DNA of 30,887 nt. Source: a virus (taxonomy: Duplodnaviria; Caudoviricetes). The first letter of the stretch is position 1. Every line of letters begins with the position of its first letter. Made by a program: the position numbers and the translations under genes. The notes below the pieces were generated by a model, which was not told where the DNA came from, made no database searches, and was given only the letters and a program-made list of their open reading frames with translations. Location of the stretch: the IMG/VR virus record IMGVR_UViG_3300020045_006822, positions 1 through 30,887 of that record, one strand, 5' to 3'. Positions 16,966 to 24,264 of the stretch are shown in pieces.

Positions 16966-17373
16966 ATGAAACCAACGATTGAGGAAGTAAAGGAATATTT
17001 TAAGAATGCGAAAGAAGTTAAATCAGTAATAAAACCATTTAAAGGCAAATTAAATTTACATAAAATATATTACAATCAATATTTTAAATCAGATATATGG
17101 TGTCCTAGCGTTTGTGGAAATTATAATATTTTATTATATTGTAGCCTTTCAAACCAATACGCCGAAATCATATCCTACAAAGAGGAAACCGTAACCGTTC
17201 CAAAATCACTTATAACCGAACTTTGCAAAGATAAAAATGTACGTGATATTTTGGTTAGGAATGGGGTTGTTGTTGAGGAGACATACATCCAAATTCCATT
17301 ATCTGAAATCCGCAAGACTTCAAACGATGCAGAGTTGGGTAGAACTGTTCGGAATATAGCGGATAAGTATTAA
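16966..17373 (+). CDS. Hypothetical protein
   Basis: MKPTIEEVKEYFKNAKEV start; ORF track. Confidence 0.75.
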   Translation: MKPTIEEVKEYFKNAKEVKSVIKPFKGKLNLHKIYYNQYFKSDIWCPSVCGNYNILLYCSLSNQYAEIISYKEETVTVPKSLITELCKDKNVRDILVRNGVVVEETYIQIPLSEIRKTSNDAELGRTVRNIADKY

Positions 17374-17376
17374 AGT

Positions 17377-17640
17377 ATGGCAAAGTATATTTTTACAATC
17401 CCTCAAATGGCTAAAGACTTAAATATTGATGAAACAACCATACATCGTAGGATAAAAAAACTTGCTATTCAAGGACGTAAACCGAGAAAGGGTAAAGGGC
17501 TTAGATATGCAGAAGAACACTTCAAAAGGATAGGTAGGATAAAAGATTTTCCTGAGCATGACAATATCGCTATAATATTTGAAAAGTATAATATATTTGC
17601 TATTATACCATCTAAAATGAATTATTTAAACAAATTATAA
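17377..17640 (+). CDS. Helix-turn-helix DNA-binding protein
   Basis: TIPQMAKDLNIDETTIHRRIKKL. Confidence 0.75.
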   Translation: MAKYIFTIPQMAKDLNIDETTIHRRIKKLAIQGRKPRKGKGLRYAEEHFKRIGRIKDFPEHDNIAIIFEKYNIFAIIPSKMNYLNKL

Positions 17641-17653
17641 ACAACGCTTACCT

Positions 17654-17684
17654 ATTGCGTATTGAAATAGAAGTTGTATATTTG
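17654..17684 (+). promoter_or_regulatory. Promoter ATTG-N19-TATATTTG
   Basis: Perfect -7 box with a TTG -33 box. Confidence 0.75.
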
Positions 17685-17758
17685 ATGAACCGATTTGAGA
17701 GAGTCGGTTTTTAAATCGCTAACCGTGTGTAATTTTACACGCATAAAACTTAATTATT

Positions 17759-18004
17759 ATGAAAACAAGAATTTTATTATTTGTTATTTTATTGTGTTTA
17801 ACATCTTGTAAGGATAAGTTATCTTATACAGATACGGAATGCAATAACTTAAAAAAAGGAGATACTATTTATATTAAAGAATTTTATTCAGTTGGAAAAT
17901 TTATAGTATTAAAAAATATTCCTGAAAGAGAGTTAGTCGAGGTTTATAATGCGGAATACACTTGGGATAAAAACATTTTTACATATTCAAATTTAAAAGA
18001 ATAA
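17759..18004 (+). CDS. Small lipoprotein
   Basis: Signal peptide II MKTRILLFVILLCLTS-C. Confidence 0.75.
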   Translation: MKTRILLFVILLCLTSCKDKLSYTDTECNNLKKGDTIYIKEFYSVGKFIVLKNIPERELVEVYNAEYTWDKNIFTYSNLKE

Positions 18005-18007
18005 ACC

Positions 18008-18166
18008 ATGAAACAAAAAATAGAAAATTTACTTTTAAAGTACAGTAAAACGGATTTGTCGGAAAAGTTAGGAATCACACGTAAAACCCTAAACGCCCGA
18101 ATTGAAAACGACACTTGGAAAAAATTAGAAATCGAAAAAATAAATAGGTTATGTCAAGAGAAATAA
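18008..18166 (+). CDS. Cro-like HTH protein, 52 aa (not in ORF track)
   Basis: SKTDLSEKLGITRKTLNARIENDTWKKLE. Confidence 0.75.
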   Translation: MKQKIENLLLKYSKTDLSEKLGITRKTLNARIENDTWKKLEIEKINRLCQEK

Positions 18167-18648
18167 CATTAGAACATTTATCGGCTTATTTGCCTTGGGG
18201 ATTGGAATTCATTTCGGAATTAGATAAACCTTATGATGAATACGGAAAACAGCCAAATTGGACGTTGAATGGAATAACAGAAATGTTTGGGGATAAATGC
18301 TTAATGACTTTAGAGAGTTCGGATGCTTATCCAATACACTTATGTAAACCAATCCTACGCCCACTTTCAGACCTTACAAAGGAAATTGAGGTTAATGGAG
18401 AGAAGTTTGTGCCTATTTTGGAATGGTGCGACATTCCAGATACCATTACTGTTTTTAGTATTGGATATGAAAGGAAAAACTATTTTGCAAAATTTGCTTT
18501 TGATTCTGAAATAGTTACTTATAAAATTCCTTCTGATGCCGATAGTATGAATTATTACACAATAAAAAAACTTCTTTCTTGGCACTTCGACGTTTTCGGA
18601 CTAATTGAATCAGGAAACGCAATCGATAAAAACACCTTAACAAAATGA
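18151..18648 (+). CDS. Hypothetical phage protein
   Basis: LSAYLPWGL, CKPILRPLSDL, WHFDVFGLIESGNAID patterns recurrent in Bacteroidota phages. Confidence 0.8.
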   Translation: MSREITLEHLSAYLPWGLEFISELDKPYDEYGKQPNWTLNGITEMFGDKCLMTLESSDAYPIHLCKPILRPLSDLTKEIEVNGEKFVPILEWCDIPDTITVFSIGYERKNYFAKFAFDSEIVTYKIPSDADSMNYYTIKKLLSWHFDVFGLIESGNAIDKNTLTK

Positions 18649-19130
18649 GCAAATTAATACAGATTTTACCGAAAATATGGGGCGTTAAAGTTCCTATGGA
18701 TGCAGATGATTTTAGATTTTCATTACATAACAACGTTCATTTAACTTATGTGTTAAAAAATAGAGAATCAATTGATTTAGGAAGTAAAAACGACTTCAAT
18801 ATCCTCGGAACGGTTACAAAATCAGAAATCAGTTTTGATGCTTCCGATGTGGTGGAAAATCTATCCGATGGCGATGAAGTTCCTACTTATAAATTTCACG
18901 AAAATAGAGAAGGTAAAAATGCAATATGTTTCAATTCAGAACAATCATTCCGTTCAGCATTGCCCGAAGATATTATTTGGGAGAATCCTTTTTAGAAACC
19001 TTTTTATTCAGATTTGATGTTAATTTATATGAACCATTATGATAAAAAAGCATATCAAGAACGATTAAACCAATGGCAATCCGCCCAACAACAAATTACA
19101 GAAAAAATTTTAATAGTAACTCAAATATAA
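18645..19130 (+). pseudogene. Hypothetical gene interrupted by an in-frame TAG at 18993-18995
   Basis: Frame stays open for 44 codons after the TAG, ending 6 nt before the next ATG. Confidence 0.6.
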
Positions 19131-19136
19131 ATAATT

Positions 19137-19373
19137 ATGGCAACATTTAAAGAGCTAATCTTGAATAGTTATGGTAAAGAAAATGCTGAATTATTAGACA
19201 GAATACCATTAAATGAATGGGATGAACTTTCAAATATGTTAGAAATAAGAACTGATGGAGGTGTATTAAGTCCCGACTATGAATTCGTGGCTAATGTTTT
19301 TATTAAAAGTATTGAAATCTATAAATTATTAAAACCCGATTGCAAGGATAAGTGCTGTAAATATTATGAATAA
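19137..19373 (+). CDS. Hypothetical protein
   Basis: ORF track. Confidence 0.7.
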   Translation: MATFKELILNSYGKENAELLDRIPLNEWDELSNMLEIRTDGGVLSPDYEFVANVFIKSIEIYKLLKPDCKDKCCKYYE

Positions 19374-19626
19374 CTTATTAGATGAATTTTTAAACCACAA
19401 AAGTGATGCTTCAAATTTAGAGGCAAGTCAACAAGAAGAATTGCAAAAAAGCTTTCAAGAATGGTTGGATAATAGAAAACCATCATTTGAAGAATCCGCA
19501 AGACCACTTATGAAATATTTAGGGCATAATCATCATCCTCATACTTCAGCAATTGTGGAGAGCAATAAAGCAGAATTAGTTGAAGGATTGGAGGTATTTA
19601 ATACTGAAGATTATATTTTAGATTAA
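19366..19626 (+). CDS. Hypothetical phage protein
   Basis: FEESARPLMKYL..NHHPH motif. Confidence 0.75.
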   Translation: MNNLLDEFLNHKSDASNLEASQQEELQKSFQEWLDNRKPSFEESARPLMKYLGHNHHPHTSAIVESNKAELVEGLEVFNTEDYILD

Positions 19627-19634
19627 ACTTTTAA

Positions 19635-19656
19635 AAGGGCTTGAAATATAGCCCTT
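19635..19656 (+). other. Intergenic hairpin AAGGGCT-TGAAATAT-AGCCCTT
   Basis: 7-bp perfect stem, weak U tail. Confidence 0.6.
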
Positions 19657-19705
19657 ATTCAAGAACCAAACCAATCCTCAAAGGATTAAATAAACAATAG
19701 GAAGT

Positions 19706-19894
19706 ATGATTGCAAAACTAAAAATGACTTTAATTAGAGTTTCAGAGGGTGGATTATTCCATGACACAAGAAAAGACGTTCGTTTATTAGCGAGTTGCAT
19801 CAATGAATTACGTAAAAAATTAAACGAAGTTATTGATGAAAATAATGAGCTTAAAGAAACTGTAAAAAACCTAAACAACCCAAAACACATTTAA
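19706..19894 (+). CDS. Small coiled-coil hypothetical protein
   Basis: ORF track. Confidence 0.65.
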   Translation: MIAKLKMTLIRVSEGGLFHDTRKDVRLLASCINELRKKLNEVIDENNELKETVKNLNNPKHI

Positions 19895-19911
19895 CATCTA
19901 AAAATAAAAAT

Positions 19912-20244
19912 ATGGAAGCATCAGAATTACGTATCGGAAATTATGTAAACACCGAAAGAGGATTTAAAAAAATATCTTTCGTTTCAATTGATTGGACAGG
20001 ATTTGTCGAATGCGAACCAATTCCATTATCGGATCAAATATTGTTGGATTGTGGGTTTGTTTCAAAATTAGGAAAATTCGGTAATGAATATCATAATGAC
20101 AATTTTTCAATTTATACATCTGAAAAAGGAACTTTCTGTTTTGTGTGGGATAATTTTTTAAGAGATGTTTATTTCTTGCACGAATTACAGAATTTGTATC
20201 ACATACTCAAAAACAAAGAACTAACCATTAATCTAAAAAAGTAA
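19912..20244 (+). CDS. Hypothetical phage protein (YopX-like pattern)
   Basis: ELRIGNYV, EPIPLSDQILLDCGF, LHELQNLY. Confidence 0.7.
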   Translation: MEASELRIGNYVNTERGFKKISFVSIDWTGFVECEPIPLSDQILLDCGFVSKLGKFGNEYHNDNFSIYTSEKGTFCFVWDNFLRDVYFLHELQNLYHILKNKELTINLKK

Positions 20245-20246
20245 TT

Positions 20247-20603
20247 ATGGAAGCAAGAACAGAAATTGAACCACATCCCGAAGATTATTGTCAGATTTGC
20301 AAAGGTAAAAACGTTTGTTGGTATGCTCCAAACGAAATATTCAATTCGGTAAATGGAAATGACATCGGTATAATGTGTCCTCAATGTTTTGAAAAAATGG
20401 CAAAAGAAAAAGGATACGACAAATTGATTTTTAGAGTTGAAGATTTAGCAAGCTCCCAACCCGATTTGATTGGTAAACTGAAAGAGGCGAAAGAACTTCT
20501 TGAAAAACTATTTCAAATGAATATGTGTTCAATAAAAGGAGATGAATTAATAACAGATTTTTTACAACAATTAACCAACCCTGAAAATCAGGATAAAAAA
20601 TAG
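20247..20603 (+). CDS. Putative zinc-finger protein
   Basis: CQIC...CPQC. Confidence 0.7.
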   Translation: MEARTEIEPHPEDYCQICKGKNVCWYAPNEIFNSVNGNDIGIMCPQCFEKMAKEKGYDKLIFRVEDLASSQPDLIGKLKEAKELLEKLFQMNMCSIKGDELITDFLQQLTNPENQDKK

Positions 20604-20608
20604 AGAGG

Positions 20609-20821
20609 ATGAAAAATAAAGTAATTATTATCGGAATGTTATTATTATTTGTAGGATGTAAAGATACCTCAACAAATTATATTGAAAACAACAATAAAAA
20701 AATAGGTGCATATGAAATAACAATTATTGAGGGATGTGAATATATAGTTGTTACTTAAGACAGAAGCCGTTGCGTAACCCACAAAGGAAATTGTACAAAT
20801 CATAAACCCCTAACCAAATGA
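20609..20821 (+). pseudogene. Small lipoprotein gene interrupted by an in-frame TAA at 20756-20758
   Basis: MKNKVIIIGMLLLFVG-C...IEGCEYIVVT*DRSRCVTHKGNCTNHKPLTK; distal TGA overlaps the next ATG (ATGA). Confidence 0.7.
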
Positions 20822-21306
20822 AAACACTACCTAAATTATCGGAGTATGTGAAACGCTTAGATGTTTCTTCAAACTTTAAAACAGATACTCAAGACTTAGA
20901 AGAAATTATTGATTACACAAACTTCATTACCCAACCCTTAAACCTATCCCATTTCGTTCCTGCTAAATTAGTAGATGAATTTTGGATTATACTTGAAGAA
21001 CCAAAAGAGCCTGAAAGTCCTTATAACGATAAACAATGTGATATTTGGGCGCAATACGAAATCTACAAAAGTAGATACCAAACCGCATTAGAGAATGTAA
21101 TTTTTAAGGGATTTGAAGTTTCAGAAATATTAGGACGTTCTGAATATCATTTAAGAATAGCTCATTCAGAAAAAGATTTTATGCCATTTAGGAAAGTAAA
21201 TAATACAGATAAATGGACTATAAAAGATTCTATATTTGACATCGAAGAACTTATTCCCTACAACCTCGAAATAACCGATAAAATTGCAGAGAAATTTAAA
21301 ATATAA
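20818..21306 (+). CDS. Hypothetical phage protein
   Basis: ORF track; YTNFITQPLNLSHFVP, VIFKGF. Confidence 0.8.
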   Translation: MKTLPKLSEYVKRLDVSSNFKTDTQDLEEIIDYTNFITQPLNLSHFVPAKLVDEFWIILEEPKEPESPYNDKQCDIWAQYEIYKSRYQTALENVIFKGFEVSEILGRSEYHLRIAHSEKDFMPFRKVNNTDKWTIKDSIFDIEELIPYNLEITDKIAEKFKI

Positions 21307-21309
21307 TTG

Positions 21310-21317
21310 TACATTTG
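21310..21317 (+). promoter_or_regulatory. -7 promoter element TACATTTG ahead of the methyltransferase leader
   Basis: TAnnTTTG match 5 nt before hairpin 1 of leader C. Confidence 0.65.
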
Positions 21318-21322
21318 CTAAA

Positions 21323-21410
21323 CGGTTCTGGTACAACCGAAATAAAAACATTATAGCCTTTTAGCCAAACCGATAGTACCAGCGTCGGGAGTAACTGAAA
21401 GGCATTTTTA
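21323..21410 (+). ncRNA. Kissing-loop leader RNA, copy C
   Basis: CGGUU-CUGGUAC-AACCG; linker AAAACAUUAUA; GCCUUUUAG..CCGAU-AGUACCAGC-GUCGG..CUGAAAGGC then AUUUUU. Confidence 0.78.
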
Positions 21411-21423
21411 TATACAACACAAA

Positions 21424-22266
21424 ATGAAAAAAGCACAAATATTCAATAATCACTTTCAAAACTTCAAAACCTATGCTATACCGAAGGCTCAATTAATAAT
21501 TGCAGATATTCCGTATAATTTAGGAAATAATGCTTACGCATCAAATCCAGCATGGTACAAAGACGGTGATAATCAAAATGGCGAAAGTGATTTAGCAGGT
21601 AAAAGTTTCTTTGATACCGACGAAGATTTCAGACCTGCAGAATTTATGCACTTTTGCAGCACAATGTTACGCCCTGAACAAAAAACTGTAAAAGTTGAAG
21701 GTGTGGCAAGGCAAAAAAGTGGCGCGCCTTGTATGATTGTATTTTGTGCGTTCGATCAACAAATGTATTTGATAGAATTAGCAAAGAGATACGGATTGAA
21801 TAATTATATAAATCTTGTTTTTCGTAAAAATTTCAGTGCGCAAGTCTTAAAAGCAAATATGAAAGTTGTCGGGAATTGTGAATATGGTTTGATTTTTTAT
21901 CGTGACAAATTACCTAAATTCAATAATAAAGGTAAAATGATTTTCAATTGTATGGATTGGGAGCGTGACGGTTCGGAGGTTGAAAAATTACACCCAACTC
22001 AAAAGCCTTTGAAATTGTTAAAAAATTTAATAGAAATATTTACTGATGAAGGCGATGTTATTATTGACCCTTGCGCAGGAAGTGGGTCTACTTTAATTGC
22101 AGGACAGGAATTAAAAAGGCGTGCCTTTGGATTCGAGATTAAAAAACCTTTTCACAAATTAGCTTCAAATTGGATTGATAATGAATTTACAAAACTGTCA
22201 GAAATTGAGGAATTTGGATTTGCAAAAACATTAATATCAAAACATCAAAACACTTTATTTCACTAA
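21424..22266 (+). CDS. Orphan N4-cytosine/N6-adenine DNA methyltransferase (beta order)
   Basis: Motif IV DIPY, HPTQKP, motif I DPCAGSGST. Confidence 0.92.
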   Translation: MKKAQIFNNHFQNFKTYAIPKAQLIIADIPYNLGNNAYASNPAWYKDGDNQNGESDLAGKSFFDTDEDFRPAEFMHFCSTMLRPEQKTVKVEGVARQKSGAPCMIVFCAFDQQMYLIELAKRYGLNNYINLVFRKNFSAQVLKANMKVVGNCEYGLIFYRDKLPKFNNKGKMIFNCMDWERDGSEVEKLHPTQKPLKLLKNLIEIFTDEGDVIIDPCAGSGSTLIAGQELKRRAFGFEIKKPFHKLASNWIDNEFTKLSEIEEFGFAKTLISKHQNTLFH

Positions 22267-22268
22267 AC

Positions 22269-22299
22269 AAAAAAGCCACAGTAATGATGTGGCTTTTTT
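22269..22299. terminator. Bidirectional intrinsic terminator
   Basis: AAAAAAGCCACA-N7-TGTGGCTTTTTT between convergent genes. Confidence 0.9.
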
Positions 22300-22303
22300 A
22301 ACT

Positions 22304-22792
22304 TTAAACTATTAAATCAATTTTCTTTTTATTATGCAAGTACAAATATCTGCAACCTAAAAATATCGGTATTAAAAGAAGTAACCAGCACAACTGCCAT
22401 AAATTAAAAGTGCGTTCTCTTACAGCGTTCTTATTATTTATCTTTGATTCTGTTTGCTTTGTTTCCGACTTCTTAACGTTATTATTTGCAATAGTATTCG
22501 TATTGACTTTATCTGTCTTTAAACGCTTTGTTTTAGCTTTTACAACTTTAGTGTTTGTGTAGGTTTTACCATCGACAATAAAAGGTTTTGTATTGTCAAT
22601 CGGTTCAATAGTTTCAATTTCCGTAACCTCATCTGTTTTGGTATCTGTAATGGTTTCCGTTTTGGTGGTTGAGTTATCTGTTGTTTTAATTTCAGTAGTT
22701 TCCGATTTCTTTTCCTCAACTTTTGAAACGGTGGATTTTCTGGAACCGCATCCGATTGTAATTATTGCGATTAGTAAGAGTAGTTTTTTCAT
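22304..22792 (-). CDS. Lipoprotein with C-terminal transmembrane helix; putative unimolecular spanin
   Basis: Lipobox ITIG-C, Thr-rich periplasmic part, C-terminal hydrophobic helix, downstream of endolysin. Confidence 0.65.
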   Translation of the reverse strand: MKKLLLLIAIITIGCGSRKSTVSKVEEKKSETTEIKTTDNSTTKTETITDTKTDEVTEIETIEPIDNTKPFIVDGKTYTNTKVVKAKTKRLKTDKVNTNTIANNNVKKSETKQTESKINNKNAVRERTFNLWQLCWLLLLIPIFLGCRYLYLHNKKKIDLIV

Positions 22793-22836
22793 AATTAATT
22801 GTTTTTCAATTGTAAAGATAGGTAAAAATACGATAT

Positions 22837-22866
22837 AAAAAAACCACCTCGTTTGAAGTGGTTTTT
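22837..22866 (-). terminator. Intrinsic terminator after the tRNA
   Basis: AAAAACCACTTC-AAAC-GAGGTGGTTTTTTT on the minus strand. Confidence 0.85.
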
Positions 22867-22958
22867 AGTTTGCAAATCGTTACTTTTAAATGTTAAGCTA
22901 TATAACCACGTTTAAGATTACAAGAGGATTTTCGCCTCTAATCTACGATTCGTCTTCG

Positions 22959-23032
22959 TTGCGCAGATCGGACTCGAACCGACGACCTCAAGGTTATGAG
23001 CCTTGCAAGCTAACCAACTGCTCTACTGCACG
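22959..23032 (-). tRNA. tRNA-Met(CAT), initiator-like; CCA not encoded
   Basis: Cloverleaf CGTGCAG-TA-GAGC-AGTTGGTTA-GCTT-G-CAAGG-CTCATAA-CCTTG-AGGTC-GTCGG-TTCGAGT-CCGAT-CTGCGCA-A; C1xA72 mismatch and A11:U24. Confidence 0.93.
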
Positions 23033-23035
23033 AGG

Positions 23036-23043
23036 CAAATATA
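23036..23043 (-). promoter_or_regulatory. -7 promoter element TATATTTG for the tRNA
   Basis: TAnnTTTG 3 nt before the tRNA 5' end. Confidence 0.7.
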
Positions 23044-23047
23044 CTAA

Positions 23048-23482
23048 TTATTTTTTAAAGTACTGTTCTACTTCTGATTTTCTTCTGCCAATCAATTCAG
23101 GGTTTTTAGTCCATAACATAAATGCTGCAGCAATAGTTGCATCGTTTGGTTTTTTATTTACCTTGCGCAATACTGTACTATTTTTAAATCCGTTCAATCC
23201 GATGTTGTAGGATAAAGAAACCAACGCATTAAATTGATTCTGATTTACTTCTGATGTTACCAGTCTATCAACTTCTTTGGCGAATTTGTCCGCTGTAATT
23301 TTACCTAATTGTTCTGCTTCTGATTTTGTTAAAGGCTTATCTTGCATCGTAACTTTTTTACCGTCTAAATAGTAAGTATTACCGAGTGCAATAGTAGGTA
23401 TTTTTTGAGTATCTAAATAAGGCTTTAATCTTAAACCCTCTCTTTGATGTAGTGCGTTGTAACCGTTGCTGTCTAATTTCAT
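23048..23482 (-). CDS. Endolysin, GH24 phage lysozyme
   Basis: E15-x8-D24-x5-T30 triad, NQNQFNALVSLSYNIG, LIGRRKSE. Confidence 0.95.
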   Translation of the reverse strand: MKLDSNGYNALHQREGLRLKPYLDTQKIPTIALGNTYYLDGKKVTMQDKPLTKSEAEQLGKITADKFAKEVDRLVTSEVNQNQFNALVSLSYNIGLNGFKNSTVLRKVNKKPNDATIAAAFMLWTKNPELIGRRKSEVEQYFKK

Positions 23483-23487
23483 AGTCT

Positions 23488-23793
23488 CTATTTATAAAAA
23501 ATTTCCTTAAATAACAATCCTAATGAAAGTCCAGCAATGCCACGACCCCACCAAGTAGCGTAAGTAATATCTTTACTTTGACTGTTTAATGACTTTTCCA
23601 TTTCATCAACTTTACTTTCAACGGTTTCCATTAAGCGTATAAACCCCTTGTTACCGTTTAAAGATGAACCGCCTAATAATTGTGTTATTTCTTTCATTCC
23701 GTCCCTTAAACTCGAAATATCTTTCTTTAATTCAGTTTGATGACTTTCCATACGTTCCCACTTTTGCTCTAAAATATTAACTCTGTTTTCCAT
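23488..23793 (-). CDS. Coiled-coil protein with C-terminal membrane helix (holin-associated candidate)
   Basis: Heptad pattern and hydrophobic tail, adjacent to endolysin. Confidence 0.55.
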   Translation of the reverse strand: MENRVNILEQKWERMESHQTELKKDISSLRDGMKEITQLLGGSSLNGNKGFIRLMETVESKVDEMEKSLNSQSKDITYATWWGRGIAGLSLGLLFKEIFYK

Positions 23794-24117
23794 TTAATAA
23801 GTGTTACGGTTTTCTTTGAAACAAAAATACAAAGTTGCAGCGATTATCAATGTATAAAATATATAATAAGTTTGGTTATTCAAATTATATTGATAATAAA
23901 CGAAATGCAGAAACACTACTGATGATATTCCGTAAACACAATAAGTAGATGTTTTCCTGTAATCTTTGTAAAAAATAAAGTAATGTAAAAGCGATGCGCC
24001 AACTATTACAGTATCTATCAAATCAATTATTTCTGAATATTTGGCATACCAATCAGTATTGACAAACAATAGAAAAAATATCCAATAGAAAATGATAAGT
24101 TGAGGCAAACGTTTCAT
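23794..24117 (-). CDS. Multi-pass membrane protein
   Basis: About four hydrophobic segments. Confidence 0.7.
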   Translation of the reverse strand: MKRLPQLIIFYWIFFLLFVNTDWYAKYSEIIDLIDTVIVGASLLHYFIFYKDYRKTSTYCVYGISSVVFLHFVYYQYNLNNQTYYIFYTLIIAATLYFCFKENRNTY

Positions 24118-24251
24118 TACTTACGAGGTTTTTTAGGCGTACCTATTTTATTACCATTTTCGTCAATTTCGTATAATTCCGAAATAGTTAACCCAACCTG
24201 TGCTAAAAGTGCCTGGCACTCCGCAATTCTTTCTTCTTGTAATTCTGTCAT
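24117..24251 (-). CDS. Small hypothetical protein, 44 aa (not in ORF track)
   Basis: MTELQEERIAECQALLAQVGLTISELYEIDENGNKIGTPKKPRK; TAATG overlap. Confidence 0.7.
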   Translation of the reverse strand: MTELQEERIAECQALLAQVGLTISELYEIDENGNKIGTPKKPRK

Positions 24252-24264
24252 GGTTTCTATTTGT

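Noticed and set aside
18993-20758. Genome-wide stop codon reassignment
   Set aside because: The two premature stops differ (TAG and TAA); other genes end normally at TAG (e.g. 14275, 23488); long genes are intact in code 11; no suppressor tRNA
22870-22958. HDV-like (theta) ribozyme in the tRNA trailer
   Set aside because: Trailer starts with C and I could not build the nested double pseudoknot; only simple hairpins
22890-23210. 106-aa plus-strand ORF
   Set aside because: Antisense shadow of the tRNA and lysozyme gene
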